Counted from the stretch's first letter, positions 22,461-36,662 are shown. The stretch: 64,000 nucleotides of DNA from Squalus acanthias (GCA_030390025.1 CM059431.1:96226001-96290000), one strand, 5' to 3'. The notes: generated by a model from the sequence alone, not told the origin. Translations and numbers: made by a program.

Positions 22461-24576
22461 GAAATAAACTTGCAACGATACGAGGTTAGAGCGGGGGAAT
22501 GGGACTGACTGGATTGCTCTACAGAGAGCCTGCACGGACTTGATGGGCCGAACGGCCTCCTTCTGTGCGTTATGACTGTGACTCTATGACTAAAGTTTTA
22601 GAAACAATAATCAAGGAAAAAATTAACGGGCACTTGGAGAGGTTTAAGCTAATTAAGGAGAGCCAACACGGATTTGTAAACTGCAGATCGTCTTTGACTA
22701 ATCTAAATGAATTTTCTGATGAAGTAAAAAGGAGGATTGATGAAGGGAATGCAATGGATGTTGTCTACATGGATTTTCGGATGGCGTTTGACAAAGTACC
22801 ACATAGAAGGCTGGTTAACAAAATTGAGGCTCATGGAACAGGTGGGTCAGTAGCAGCTTGGAAACGGAATTGGCTTAAGGACAGAAAACAGCGAATTGTG
22901 GTAAATGGCTGTCTTTCAGACTGGAGATGGTAGACAGTGGTGTTCCCCAAGGGTCAGTGCTGGGGCCACTGCTTTTTTTGATATATATATATAAATGACC
23001 TGGATATTGGAATACAGAATAGAATTTCTAAATTTGCCGATGACACCAAACTTGGGGTTGTGGCAAACAGTGATGATGATACCAATCGACTGCAACAGTT
23101 CATAGAAAGGCTAGCAGAATGGGCAGACAAGTGGCAGATGGAATTTAATACAGAGAAATGTGAGGTGATGCTTTTTGGCAGAAGGAGCAGGGAGAGGCAA
23201 TATACACTTAATGGCACATTTTTAAAGAGTGTCCAGGGACAGAAGGACCTGGGTATTAAAGTGCATAGGTCCCTGAAGTTGGCGGGACATAGCGAGAGAG
23301 TGGTTAGCAAAGCATATGGGATCTTGCGCTTCATAAATAGTGGTATTGAGTACAAAAGTAAAGAAGTTATGCTGAACTTTTATAAAGCGCTGGTTAGGCC
23401 ACAACTGGAGTATTGCTTCCTGTTCTGGTCACCACACTTTAGGAAGGATGTGAAGGCCCTTGAGAGGGTGCAGAGGAGATTTACCAGAATGGTTCCGGGG
23501 ATGGGGGATCTTGGCTACAAGGACAGTTTGGAGAAGCTGGATTTGTTTTCATTATAGCAAAGGAGGTTGAGGGGTGATTTGATAGAGGTGTACAGGATTA
23601 TGACGGGTTTGGATAGGCTAGACGGGGAAAGGTTGTTCCCACTAGTTGATGGCACAAGGACTAGGGGACGCAGATTTAAGGTTTTTGGGCAAGAGATACA
23701 GGGGGGAAGTGAGGGGAAAACTTTTTTACGCAGCGAATGGTGAGGACCTGGAACTCGCTGCCGACGGAAGTGGTAGAAACGGAAACACTCAATGTTTTCA
23801 AGGGGAGACTGGATAGGCACTTGAGGGAAATAAACTTGCAGGGCTACGGGGATAGAGCGGGGGAATGGGACTGACTGGATTGCTCTACAGAGAGCTGGCA
23901 CGGACTGTATGGGCCGAATGGCCTCCTTCTGTGCCGTTATGTTTCTGTGACTCTATGATACTGATCCCTGGACTCGGCCAATGAAGAATGACTCAAGCTG
24001 CCCTTCTGGTTGGCAGGATTGTGTTTCTCTCTTGTCACCATCACTTTTTCTTCCTCACTCATGCACTGTGCTTCCTCAGAGTCCTCAAATTGACCATCAA
24101 ACTCCTACCTGAGGTGGGTATACCGCTGCTGGTACTTGCAATCAATGCAGTGAATGACATGAGGTGCTGTTTTTGTCTCTGGCACAGGGAGCTGTAATGC
24201 TTATAAAAATAGAAGAATAACATCTGTCAGAATGCTGACTACAAGACATCCTTCAAACATAGCCTGTGGCCTACGTAAAAGTATACTTTGTGCCATACTC
24301 TTCTGGTACAAGGTACGCCTGTGTGATACTGAGTGAGTACATGAGGGGAAGAAGAAATAATAGGACACTCTGCGCTTGGGTGGGTGGGTGGGGGGGGCGG
24401 GGTAGATGTCAGACTTTACCCTCCCCGACTCCCTTTATGGTCTTTGGTCCAAGGTCTGAGACTCAATAAACTGTGTTAAGATGCTGGACAGTTGGAAGAA
24501 CACAGATATTGACACCCAAGTGTCCACCATTCACCCCAACTTGTGTGTGAGCCAGTAAACATAGATCATGCACCTA

Positions 24577-25969
24577 AGTTTTTTTTTCATAATCGTTCAT
24601 GGCATGGGGGCATCGCTGGCAAGGCCAGCATTTATTGCCCTTCCCTCGTTGCCCTTGAGAAGGTGCTGGTAACCGCCTTCTTGAACCGCTGCAGTCAATT
24701 TGGTAAAGGTACTCCCACAGTTCTGTTAGGGAGGGAATTCCAGTATTTTGACCCAGCAACTATGAAGGAACGGCAATATATTTCCAAGTCAGGATGGTGT
24801 GTGACTTGGAGGGGAACTTGGTGGTGTTCCCATATGCCTGCTGCCTTTGTCCTTCTAGGAAGTAGAGGTCGCAGGTTTCGGAGGTCCTGTCGAAGAAGCC
24901 TTGGCGAGTTGCTGCAGTGCATCTTGTAGATGGTACATACTGCAGCCACGGTACGCCGGTGGTGGAGGGAGTGAACGTTTAAGGTGGTGAATAGTGTGCC
25001 AATCAAACAGGCTGCATTGTCCTGGATGGTGTTGAACTCCTTGAGTGTTGTTGGAGCTGCACTCATCCAGCAAGTGGCGAGTATTCCATCACACTCCTGC
25101 CTTGTGCCTTGTAGATGGTGGAAAGGCTTTGGGGAGTCAGAAGGTGAGACACTCGCCGCAGAATATCCCGCCTCTGACCTGCTCTTGTAGCCACTGTATT
25201 TATGTGGCTGGTCCAGTTAAGTTTCTGGTCAATGGTGAACCTCAGGATGTTGATGGTGGGGGATTCGGCAATGGCAATGCCGTTGAATATTAAAGGGCGG
25301 TGGTTAGACTCTCTCTTGTTGGAGATGGTCACTCACTGGCACTTAAGTGGCAAGTGACATTCGCGTCACATATCAGCCCAAGCCTGAATGTCGTCCAGGT
25401 CTTGATGCATGTGGGCATGGAGCGCTTCATTATCTCAGGGGTTGTGAATGGAACTGAACACTGTGCAATCATCAGCGAATATCCCCTATGATGGAGGGAA
25501 GGTCATTGATGAAGCAGCTGAAGATGGTTGGGCCTAGGACACTGCCCTGAGGAACACCTGCAGTGATGTCCTGGGGCTGTGATGATTGGCCTCCAACAAC
25601 CACAACCATCTTCCTAGGTATGATGCTAGCCAGTGGAGAGCTTTCCCCCTGATTCCCAATGACTTCAATTTTACTAGGGCTCCTTGATGCTACCTCAGTC
25701 AAATGCTACCTTGATGTCAAGGGCAGTCACTCTCAACTCACCTCTGGAATTCAGCTCTTTTGTCCATGTTTGGACCAAGGCTGTAATGATGTCCGGTGCA
25801 GAGTGGTCCTGGCAGAACTCAAACTGAGCATCGGTGAGCAGGTTATTGGTGAGTAAGTGCCCCTGCTTGATAGCACTGTCGACGACACCTTCCATTACTT
25901 TGCTGAGAGTAGACTGATGGGGCAGCAATTCACCACATTGTATTTATCCTGCTTTTTGTGGAGAGGATG
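24577..25969 (-). mobile_element. 3' part of the tRNA-headed single-ORF LINE family
   Basis: [38 protein letters not shown]; tail GGCAATAAATGCTGGCCTTGCCAGCG plus A-run. Confidence 0.85.
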
Positions 25970-28687
25970 TACTAAGGGGAAAAGTTCCTTTCTATCTACC
26001 CTATCTATGCCCCTCATAATTTTGTACACCTCAATCAGGTCCCCCCTCAGCCTTCTCTGCTCTAAGGAAAACAACCCCAGCCTGTCCAGTCTCTCTTCAT
26101 AGCTGAAGCGCTGCAGCCCAGGTAACATCCTGGTGAATCTCCTCTGCACCCTCTCCAATGCAATCACATCCTTCCTATAGTGTGGTGACCAGAACTGCAC
26201 ACAGTATTCCAGCTGTGGCCTAACTAGCGTTTTGTACAGCTCCATCATAACCTCCCTGCTCTTATATTCTATATCCTCAGCAAATGAAGGCAAGTATCCC
26301 ATATTCCTTTTTAACCACCTTATCTACCTGTCCTGCTGCCTTCAGGGATCTATGTACATGCACACCAAGGTCCCTCTGATCCTCTGTCCTTCCTAAGGTC
26401 CTACCATTCATTGTGTATTCCCTTGCCTTGTTAGTCTTCCCAAAATGCATCAACTCACACTTTTCAGGGTTAAATTCCATTTGCCACTGTTCTGCCCATC
26501 TGACCAACCCGTCTATATCGTCCTGTAGCCTGAGGCTTCCCTCCTCGCTATTTACCACCCCACCAATTTTCATGTCATCTGCAAACTTACTGATCATACC
26601 TCCTACATTCATATCTAAATCATTAATGTACACTACAAACAGCAAAGGACCCAGCACCGATCCCTGCGGTACACCACTGGACACAGGCTTCCAGTCACAA
26701 AAACAACCTTCGACCATCACCCTCTGCCTCCTGCCTCATTAGAGGAACCTACTAAGATATCATCCCTCCTTACAGCAGTAATTGACTCCTTCATTAATAT
26801 TGCGACACCCCCTCCTCTTTTACACCCCCCTCTGTCTCGCCTGAAGATTCTATACCCTGGAATATTGAGCTGCCAGTCCTGCTCCTCCCTCAACCATGTC
26901 TCTGTGATAGCAACAATATCATACTCCCATGTGTTCATCAACACCTTCAATTCATCTGCCTTACTTGCAAGACTCCTTGCATTAAAATAAATGCCATCCA
27001 GCCTTGCTATACTCCTTTGTGCCGTTACATATTTGTTCTGCCTTCCAGGCTGACTTGTTTTTTCCTCTATATTTGGCTGTGCATCACCCCCTACTATAGC
27101 TCCACTCCATATCCCATCCCCCTGCCAAGTTAGTTTAAACCCTCCCCAACAGTACTCGCAAACCTCCCCGCAATGATGATGGTCCCGTTCCGGTTCAGGT
27201 GCAACCCGTCTGACTTGTACAGGTCCCACCTTCCCCAGAAGCAGACCCAGTGATCCAGGAAACTAAAGCCCTCCCTCCTGCACCAACTCTTTAGCCACGC
27301 ATTCATCTGCTCTACCCTCCTATTCCCATACTCACTAGCACGTGGCACCAGGAGTAATCCAGAGATTACAACCTTTGAGGTCCTGCTTTTTAATCTGCTA
27401 CCTAGCTCCCTAAATTCTTGTTGCAGGACCTCATCTTTCTACCCATGTCATTGGTACCAATGTGAACCACGACCTCTGACTGTTCGCCCTCCCCCTTCAG
27501 AATGCCCTGCAGCCGTTCAGTGACATCCTTGACCCTGGCACCAGGGAGGCAACATACCATCCTGGAGTCATGTCTGTGGCCACAGAAACGTCTATCTGTT
27601 CCCCTTACGATAGAATCCCCTATCACTATTGCTCTCCCACTCTTTTTCCTCCCCTCCTGTGCAGCTGAGCCAGTCATAGTGCCACGGACTTGGCTCTTGC
27701 TGCATTCCCCTGAGAAACCCTCTCCCCCATCAGTATCCAAAACGGAAAATCTGTCGGAGAGGGAGATGGACCCAGGGGACTTCTGCACTACCTTCCTAGT
27801 TCTTTTACTCTGTCTGGTGGTCACCCATTCCCTGTCTGCCTGTGCACTCTTTACCTGCGGTGTGACCACCTTGTTAAACGTGCTATCCACGAAGATCTCA
27901 GCTATGCGGATGCTCCACAGTGACTCCAGCCGCAGCTCCAGCTCCGAAACGTGGATTTCGAGTAGCTGCAGCTGGAGACACTTGCTGCACATGTGTTCGC
28001 CCTGGACACCTAAAGTGTCCCTGACTTCCAACATAGCACAGGAGGAGAACGCCACGCTGCCGAGCTGCCTTGTCATGTCCTACCCTTAATTTACTCCCTT
28101 TAAATTAAGAATATTAAATACACTAGGGACCTTACTTCCCTTTAAACACTACTTACTCCAAACTAGAGACCTTACTTTTACTTTAATGACTAGAATGTAG
28201 AAATACTGTAGAAATACTCACCGCTGGTTCTCTGTCCCCTCTTGTGCAGCTTTTTAGCTCCTGCTCTCCTGGAAGCTGACAAAGATGGAAAAAGAAAGGA
28301 ACACCTCCCTCCCCGCACTCCCTCACTCACCAAACTCGCAGTTTAACACTCTGTTCCGATCTGCACTCCGTGACAAACTGCACTCTAGCCTCCCCTATTT
28401 ATACTGCTGAGATTTAAATAAGTGAGCTCTCTGGCAGCTACAGAACCAGATTAGACCACTTAATTAATTAATTACTCTCACCTGCTCTCCAGCACAGAGC
28501 TTGCTTAGCCCTGCCCAAGCCTGGAAGAAACTTAAAACTTGAAACAGTAAATTTAAATGCTAATTGCAAGCACACAAGACTAGAATTTATTAAAAAATAA
28601 GAGATTAACCTTTAAGATATACTCCCTCACTCACCAAACTCGCAGTTTAACACTCTGTTCCGATCTGCACTCCGTGACAAACTGCAC
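25970..28687 (-). mobile_element. CR1 LINE with 5' UTR and ORF1 (27130-28076) and a large internal ORF2 deletion at ~26735
   Basis: ORF1 esterase motifs; APE start (YFNARSL, AITETWL) joined directly to the RT ([10 protein letters not shown]). Confidence 0.88.
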
Positions 28688-29904
28688 GTATGGCAGATGA
28701 AATTTCACGCAGAGAAGTGTGAAGTGATTCATTTGGTAGGAGTAGGAAGAATGAGGAGAGGCAGTATGAACTAAATAGTACAATTTTAAAGGGGGTGCAG
28801 GAACAGTGAGATCTGGGAGTGTATCTAAACAAGTCTTTGAAGGTGGCAGGACAAGTTGAGAAGCCTGTTAAAAAAAGCATATGGGATCTTTGGCTTTATT
28901 AATAGAAGATAGAATACAAAAGCAAGGAAGTTATGCTAAACATTGAAAAAACACTGGTTATGCCTAAACTGGAGTATTGTGTTTAATTCTGGGCACCACA
29001 CTTTAGGAAGGAGGTCTTGGAAACGGATCAGTAGATATTTACTAGAATGGTACCAGGGAGAGATTGGAGAAGCTGGAGTTGTTCTCCTTAGAGCAGAGAA
29101 GGTTCAGAGGAGATTTGATGGAGGTGTTCAAAATCATGACTGGTTTTGATAGAGTAAATAAAGAGAAACTGTTTCCAGTGGCAGAAGGGTCATTACAAAG
29201 AAAGACTTGCATTTATATAGCGCCTTTCACAACCTCAGGACATCCCAAAGCACTTTATAGCCAATTAAGTACTTTTGAATTGGAGTCACTGTTGTAATGT
29301 AGTAAACGCGGCAGCCAATTTGCGCACAGCAAGCTCCCACAAACAGCAAGGTGATAATGACTGGATAATCTGTTCTTTTTAGTGATGTTGATTGAGGGAT
29401 AAATATTGGCCAGGACACCTTCGAAATAGTGTCATGGGATCTCTTACATCCACCTGAGGAAGCAGATGGGGCTTCAGTTTAACATCTCATCTGAAAGATG
29501 GCACCTCCAACAGTGCAACACTCCATCAGTACTGCACTGGAGTGTCAGCCTAGATTTTTGTGCTCACGTCTCTGCAGTGGGACTTGAACCTTCTGACTCA
29601 GAGGCGGGAATGCTACCCACTGAGCCACGGCTGACACTAACTGGAGGACACAGATTTAAGGTGATTGACGAAAGATTTTTTTTTTTTTTAAACACAGTGA
29701 CGTGTTGTGATCTGAATGCACTGCCTGGAAGGGTGGTGGAAGCAGATTCAACAGTAACATTCAAAATAAAATTGGACAAACACTTGAAGGGAAAAAATTA
29801 CAGGGCTATAATGAAAGAGAAGGTGATAGCTCAACCAAAGAGCTAGCACAGGCATGGTGGGCCGAATGGCCTCCTTCTGTGCTGCATCATTCTATGATTC
29901 TATG
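28688..29904 (+). mobile_element. CR1 3' fragment split by a SINE
   Basis: WQMKF..EKCEV, LEKLELFSLEQRR; tail CATTCTATGATTCTATGA. Confidence 0.85.
29200..29637 (-). mobile_element. Complete tRNA-head Deu-domain SINE with L2-type tail
   Basis: A/B-box head (TGGCTCAGTGG, GGTTCAAGTCC), core GTGCAGTACTGATGGAGTGTTGCACTGTTGGAGGTGCCATCTTTCAGATGAG, tail AGGCGCTATATAAATGCAAGTCTTTCTT. Confidence 0.8.
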
Positions 29905-30344
29905 AAGAGTGGCTACAAGGTTGCAGCTCCATTTCACCCAACAATTCTGTGTTTTCAAAAATGTTGCCATCTCACTCACTTTTGATTTTATTTTACAAAA
30001 TTCAGATGAAATACAATCCCAATATAACAGAAGTGAGCCTTGACTTTCATTGCTAAGTCCCACTCTACCCTGTTCTGCATTGTATTAGATGGAGGAGAGG
30101 GAGGCAGTCTTAAGCTGTAAAGGAGCTGCTGTCTATCAGAATACCGTAAAACTAATGGCACAGCCTTGCTCAACAGAGAAAGCCCCGGAACAGAAAACAG
30201 GCATGGAGATACAAATTCTGTAGGCAAGTTTAATGAATCTATATTCATAGGCTGTATCCATAGGAGTAAATTTTCTGATACTCTCTTCCCAGGATAGCAT
30301 CTCACAGGAGCATGGATAAGAGAAACAGATAGAGGTCAGACATT

Positions 30345-33300
30345 ACATAGTACAAAGTATTTACAGCACAGAAACAGGCCATTCGATCCAACAGGCCCAT
30401 GCCAGTGTTTATGCTTCACACGAGTCTCCTCCCTCCCTCCCTTCTTCAGCTAACCCCATCAATGTATCCTTCTATTGCTTTCTCCCTCATGTGCTTATCT
30501 AGCTTCCCCTTAAATGCATCTATGTTAGTCACCTCAACTACTCCTTGTGGTAGTGAGTTCCATATTCTAATCACACTCTGGGTAAAGAAGTTTTTCTTGA
30601 ATTCCCTATTGGATTTAATAGTGACGATCTTATATTTATAGCCACTAGTTCTGGCCTCGGCCGCTAGTGAAACATCTTCTCTGCATCTACCCGATCAAAC
30701 CCGCTCATAATCTTGAAGACCTCTATCAAGTCACCCCTTAAGTCTTCTCTTTTCTAGAGAAAAGAGCCCCCAGCCTGTTCAATCTTTCCTGATAGGTATA
30801 ACCGCTCAGTCTTGCATCATTCTAGTAAATATTTTTTCTACCTTCTCCAGTGCCTCTACATCCTTTTTATAATTATGGAGACCAGAACTGTGCACTCTAA
30901 GTGTGGCCTAACCAAGCTTCTATACAAGTTTAACATAACTTCTCTGCTTTTCAATTCTTCCCCTGTAGAAATTAACCCTAGTGCTTTGTTTGCCTTTTTA
31001 TGGCCTTATTAACTGGTGTTGCTACTTTTAGTAATTTGTGTATCTGTACCCCCAGATTCCTTTGTTCCTCTACCCCATTTAGACACTTATTTTCCAAGAA
31101 GTATGTGGCCTCCTTATTCTTCCTACCAAAATATAGTAACTCACACTTATCTATATTGAAGTTAATTTGCCAATTACACGCCCATTCTGCATGTTTATTA
31201 ATGTCTTCCTATATTTTGTTGTAGTCCTCTTCTGTATTAACTATACCCCTCAATTTGATGTCATCTGCAAATTTTGAAATTGCACTTCCGATTCCTGAAT
31301 CCAAACACTTATGTAAATGGTGAACAACAGTGGCCCCAGCACCAATCCTTGTGGAATGCCACTTCTCACCTTTTGCCAATCTGAGTAATTATCTTTAACC
31401 CCTACTCTCGGATTTCTGTTTTGTAGCCAGCTTGCTATCTATTCTGCTACTTGTCCTCTGACTGCACATGTCATGAGTCTACTGTGTGGTACCTTATCGA
31501 AGGCCGGTTGGAAATCCAAATATATTACATCTACTACATTACCCTTATCTAACCGTTCTGTTACTTCTTCAAAGAATTCAATAAGGTTGGTCAAGTATGA
31601 CCTTCCCTTTTGCTGACTACTCTTTTATTATATTTTCAGTTTCTAGATGTTTTTCTATTACATCTTTGAGTAAGGATTCCATTATCTTTCCTATCACTAA
31701 TGTTAAGCTAATGACTTGTTCTATCTCCTTTTTTAAATACAGCAATTGCATTAGTTGTCCGCCTGTCCTCTGGCACTATTCATATTAGAACATAGAACAT
31801 AGAACAGTACAGCACAGTACAGGCCCTTCGGCCCTCGATGTTGTGCCGAGCATTGTCCGAAACCAAGATCAAGCTATCCCACTCCCTATCATTCTGGTGT
31901 GCTCCAAGTGCTTATCCAATAACCGCTTGAAAGTTCCTAAAGTGTCCACTATCACAGCAGGCAGTCCATTCCACACCCCAACCACTCTCTGAGTAAAGGA
32001 TCTACCTCGGACATCCCTTCTATATCTCCCCCCATGCACCTTATAGTTATGCCCCCTTGTAACAGCTACATCCACCCGAGGAAATAGTCTCTGAACATCC
32101 ACTCTATTTATCCCCCTCATCATCTTATAAACCTCTATCAAGTCGCCTCTCATCCTCCTCCGCTCTAAAGAGAAAAGCCCTAGCTCCCTCAATCTTTCCT
32201 CATAAGACCTCCCCCCCAAACCAGGCAGTATCCTGGTAAATCTCCTTTGCACTCTTTCCAATGCTTCCACGTCCTTCCTATAGTGAGGTGACCAGAACTG
32301 CACACAATATTCCAAATGTGGTCTTACCAAGGTCCTGTACAGTTGCAGCATAACCTCACGGTTCTTAAACTCAAACCCTCTGTTAATAAACGCTAACACA
32401 CTATAGGCCTTCTTTACTGCTCTATCCACTTGAGTGGCAACCTTCAGAGATCTGTGGATATGAACCCCCAGATCCCTGTGTTCCTCCACGTTCCTCAGAA
32501 CCCTGCCGTTGACCCTGTAATCCTTATTCAAATTTGCCCTACCAAAATGAATCACCTCGCACTTATCAGGGTTAAATTCCATCTGCCATTTTTCGGCCCA
32601 GCTCTGCATCCTATCAATGTCTCTTTGCAGCCTACAACAGCCTCCACCTCATCCACTACTCCACCAATCTTGGTGTCATCAGCAAATTTACTGATCCACC
32701 CTTCAGTCCCCTCCTCCAAGTCATTGATAAAAATCACAAACAGCAGAGGACCCAGCACCGACCCCTGTGGCACACCGCTGGTAACTGGTCTCCAGTCTGA
32801 AAATTTTCCATCCACCACCACCCTCTGCCTTCTATGAGATAGCCAGTTACTTATCCAATCAGCCAAATTTCCCTCTATCCCACAACTCCTTACTTTCTTC
32901 ATGAGCCGACCATGGGGAACCTTATCAAACGCCTTACTAAAATCCATGTATACGACATCAACTGCTCTACCTTCATCTCCACACTTAGTTACCTCCTCAA
33001 AGAATTCAATCAAATTTGTTAGGCAAGACTTACCTTCACGAATCCGTGTTGACTATCCCGGATTAAGTTGCATCTTTCCAAATGGTCATAAATCCTATCC
33101 CTCAGGACCTTTTCCATTATCTTACCAACTACCGAACTAAGACTAACCGGCCTATAATTACCAGGGTCATTCCTATTTCCTTTCTTGAAGAGAGGAACAA
33201 CATTCGCCACTCTCCAGTCCTCTGGCACCATCCCCGTGGACAGTGAGGACCCAAAGATCAAAGCCAAAGGCTCTGCAATCTCCTCCCTTGCCTCCCAAAG

Positions 33301-35720
33301 AATCCTAGGATATATCCCATCTGGCCCAGGGGACTTATCGACCCTCAGGTTATTCAAAATTGCTAAAACATCTTCCCTCAGAACATCTACCTCCTCCAGC
33401 CTATCCACCTTTATCACACACTCATCCTCAAAAACATGGCACCTCTCCTCGGTGAACACTGACGAAAAGTATTCATTCATCACCTCTCCTATCTCTTCTG
33501 ACTCCATGCACAAGTTCCCACTACTGTCCTTGACCGGCCCTACCCTCACCCTGGTCATTCTTTTATTTCTCACATAAGAGTAAAAAGCCTTGGGGTTTTC
33601 TTGATCGACCCGCCAAGGACTTCTCATGCCCCCTCCTAGCTCTCCTAAGCTCTTTTTTTTAGCTCATTCCTTGCTACCTTGTACCCCTCAATCGACCCAA
33701 CTGAACCTTGTTTTCTCATCCTTACATATACTTCCTTTTTCCTCTTGACTAGACATTCAACCTCTTTTGTGAACCATGGTTCTCTCACTCGGCCATTTCC
33801 TCCCTGCCTGACAGGGACATACCTATCAAGGACACGCAGTAATTGCTCCATGAAAAAGCTCCACTTTTCGTTTGTGCCTTTCCCTGATAGTTTCTGTTCC
33901 CATCTTACGCTCCCTAATTCTTGCCTAATCGCATCATAATTACCCCTCCCCCAATTATAAACCCTGCCCTGCCGTATGGCCCTATCCCTCTCCATTGCAA
34001 TAGTGAAAGTCACCGAATTGTGGTCACTATCTCCAAAGTGCTCTCCCACATATAAATCAAACACTTGGCCCGGTTCATTACCCAGTACCAAATCCAATGT
34101 GGCCCCACCTCTTGTCGGCCTATCCACATATTGTGTCAGGAAACCCTCCTGCACACACTGTGCAAAAACTATCCCATCCGAACTGTTTGACCTATAAAGG
34201 TTCCAATCAATATTTGGAAAGTTGAAGTCACCCATGACAACTACACTGTGACCTCCACACCTATTCATAATCTGCTTTGCAATTTCTTCCTCCACATCTC
34301 TATTACTATTTGGGGGCCTGTAGAAAACTCCTAACAACGTGACCGCTCCTTTCCTATTTCTAACTTCAGCCCATATTACCTCAGACGGCAGATCCCCCTC
34401 GAACTGCCTTTCTGCCACTGTTAAACTATACTTGATTAACAATGCTACTCCTCCACCTTTCTTACCACCTTCCCTACTCTTACTGAAACATCTATACCCC
34501 AGAACTTCCAACAACCATTCCTGTCCCTGTTCTAACCATGTCTCCGTAATGGCCACCACATCGTAGTCCCAAGTACCAATCCACGCTCCAAGTTCTCCTA
34601 CCTTATTCCGGATGCTCCTTGCATTGAAGTAGACACACTTCAAGCCACCTTCCTGTCTGCCGGTACATTCCTGCGACCTTGATACCCTCCTCAGTACCTC
34701 CCTACACTCACCACTGGCTCCTGGACTACAGCCCTTTTTCCCATCCCCCTGACAAATTAGTTTAAACCCCCCTGAAGAGCCGTAGCAAATTTTCCTCCCA
34801 GGATATTGGTGCCCCTCTGGTTCAGGTGCAAACTGTCCTGTTTGTACAGGTCCCACCTTCCCCAGAATGTGCTCCAATTATCCACATAACTGAAACCCTC
34901 CCCCCTACACCATCCCTGCAGCCACGTGTTTATCTGCACTCTCTCCCTGTTCCTCAACTCGCTAGCACGTGGCACCGGCAACAAACCAGAGGTTACAACA
35001 TGGTTTGTACTGGCTCTCAGCTTCCAACCTAGCTCCCTAAATTCCTGTTTTAAATCCCCGTCCCTTCTCCTACCTATGTCGTTGGTACCGATGTGTACCA
35101 CGACTTGTGATTGTTCCCCCTCCCCCTTGAGGATTCTGAAAACACGGTCCGAGACGTCACGGACCCTGGCACCCGGGAGGCAACATACCATCCGTGAGTC
35201 TCTTTTGCTGCCACAGAACCTCCTATCTGTCCCTCTGACTATTGAGTCCCCAATAACTATTGCTCTCCTGCTATCTCTTCCCTAACTTCATTTAATATGC
35301 ACAGATGCGTTCCATCCGGACCAGGGGTTTTATCCTCTCTAAGTTTGATTAGTTTATTATATACCCCCTTTCGATCTTAAATGTTATATCTTGTAAATGT
35401 TATATCTTCTAAATATCATGTCCACCATGTTAGTCTCCCTGGTAAATACCGAGGCAAAGTAATTATTTCATATTTCTGCCATTTTGCTGTCATTACCTGT
35501 GAGTTTATCATGTGTCCCAATCCCGATTCTGATTTTTCTTTTGTTGTTGATGTGTCTGTAGAATACTTTACTATTTCTTTTTATATTCCATGATTATTTA
35601 ATTTTGTAGTTTCTCTTTGCCTTCCTAATTTTTTTTCCACTTCTTTCTTATCCTTTTTGTATTCCCTTTTGTCATCCTCTCCTTTGTTGTCTATATTCTT
35701 GGTGCTTTTTATCTTGTTTC
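30345..35720 (-). mobile_element. Old CR1 (30345-31785 plus ~35284-35720) interrupted by a younger CR1
   Basis: Decayed RT motifs on both sides (KFADD at ~31260, DKTPGPDG at ~35320). Confidence 0.75.
31786..35283 (-). mobile_element. Younger CR1 LINE: ORF1 3' half plus whole ORF2 with a few frameshifts
   Basis: Consecutive minus ORFs 34757-35191, 33645-34877, 33019-33627, 32552-33013, 31869-32609; (TTCTATG)n tail. Confidence 0.93.
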
Positions 35721-36044
35721 AATTTTGCCCTTATTTCTTTATTCCTCTATCGTGTGTTATTACTGGCTAATTAGTTCTTGCTTTTCGGGGTGCTCCCAAA
35801 TTTCCAGACCTTCACTTCAGAGTGTGGGAAAATGTACCCACCAGGGTACCATCTGTCTTTCTTTAAGCAATATTACACTATAAAATAGCCTAAAGTAAGC
35901 TTATGTCAAAAATCCTTAAATTTTAATTAACTAATTTTGTGAATCTGTAACCAAAAAAGGACCACATAGGAACAGACTCCAAAACATGTGACAAAATATT
36001 TTTTCTATCCTTGTATTAAGTGTTTATTAAGCAGAGAATCCTGG

Positions 36045-36662
36045 ATGAGATATGGCCATGTGCCATCTGTAATATGTCCAATCCCTAGTGCTTGGACCAT
36101 GCTATATGTGGATACGGTAGTACAGTGTAATTGAAAAGGGAAAAAAATCTCTCAGCAGGCAGTTTAAAAATGGATATAGGAGTGTAATTTAAGGCAAGTC
36201 AAATGTGAATACAGGATACACTTACAAAGAAGCAATTGTATTTTCAAGGGAAGCATGGGCGGGGGGAGGGTGGCTGTGAAAGACATGTGCTGTAAGTGCT
36301 GGAGCTGTATTGGTTCTTTAATACTGGAGGCTTCATATAAAACCTTCTACCCATATTCATGACCACTCCCTTGGTCTTGCATTCTCACGTGGCATCTCCA
36401 CTTCCATGGAGAGGTGAGGCTATCTTTCGTTTACATCTCACCGCCCAATCCCCCTATGCTTCCCCTGCAAATAAAATTACTTCTCTGTAAATGTATCCTG
36501 TATTCACACGTGACTTGCCTTAAATTACACTCCCAGGTTCATTTTTAAACTGCCTGAGAGATTTTTCCCTTTTAAATTACACTGTACTACTGTATCCATA
36601 TACAGCATGCACCAAGCACTAAGGATTGCACATATTACAGATGGCACATGGTCATATCTCAT
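36045..36662. repeat. Foldback element: ~230-bp inverted arms with a ~165-bp spacer
   Basis: 36045-36275 is an imperfect reverse complement of 36440-36662 (e.g. CATGTGCCATCTGTAATATGT / ACATATTACAGATGGCACATG). Confidence 0.9.

Larger units (their letters stand above)
18225..22591 (+). mobile_element. Near full-length CR1 LINE, decayed
   Basis: 5' ~78-bp tandem repeats (18225-18400), ORF1, APE-RT ORF2 and TGACTCTATGAC tail. A short deletion at ~21690 removes the FADD motif. Confidence 0.92.
17795..23959 (+). mobile_element. 5'-truncated CR1 (17795-18224 plus 22592-23959) hosting a full-length copy of its own subfamily
   Basis: NYRPVSLTSVV| joins |KVLETIIKEKIN across the insertion; tail at ~23940-23959. 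Confidence 0.88.

Noticed and set aside
29575..29637. tRNA genes (also 60335-60415 and 61360-61441)
   Set aside because: A/B boxes are present but they are SINE/LINE heads continuing into repeat bodies, with no convincing cloverleaf.
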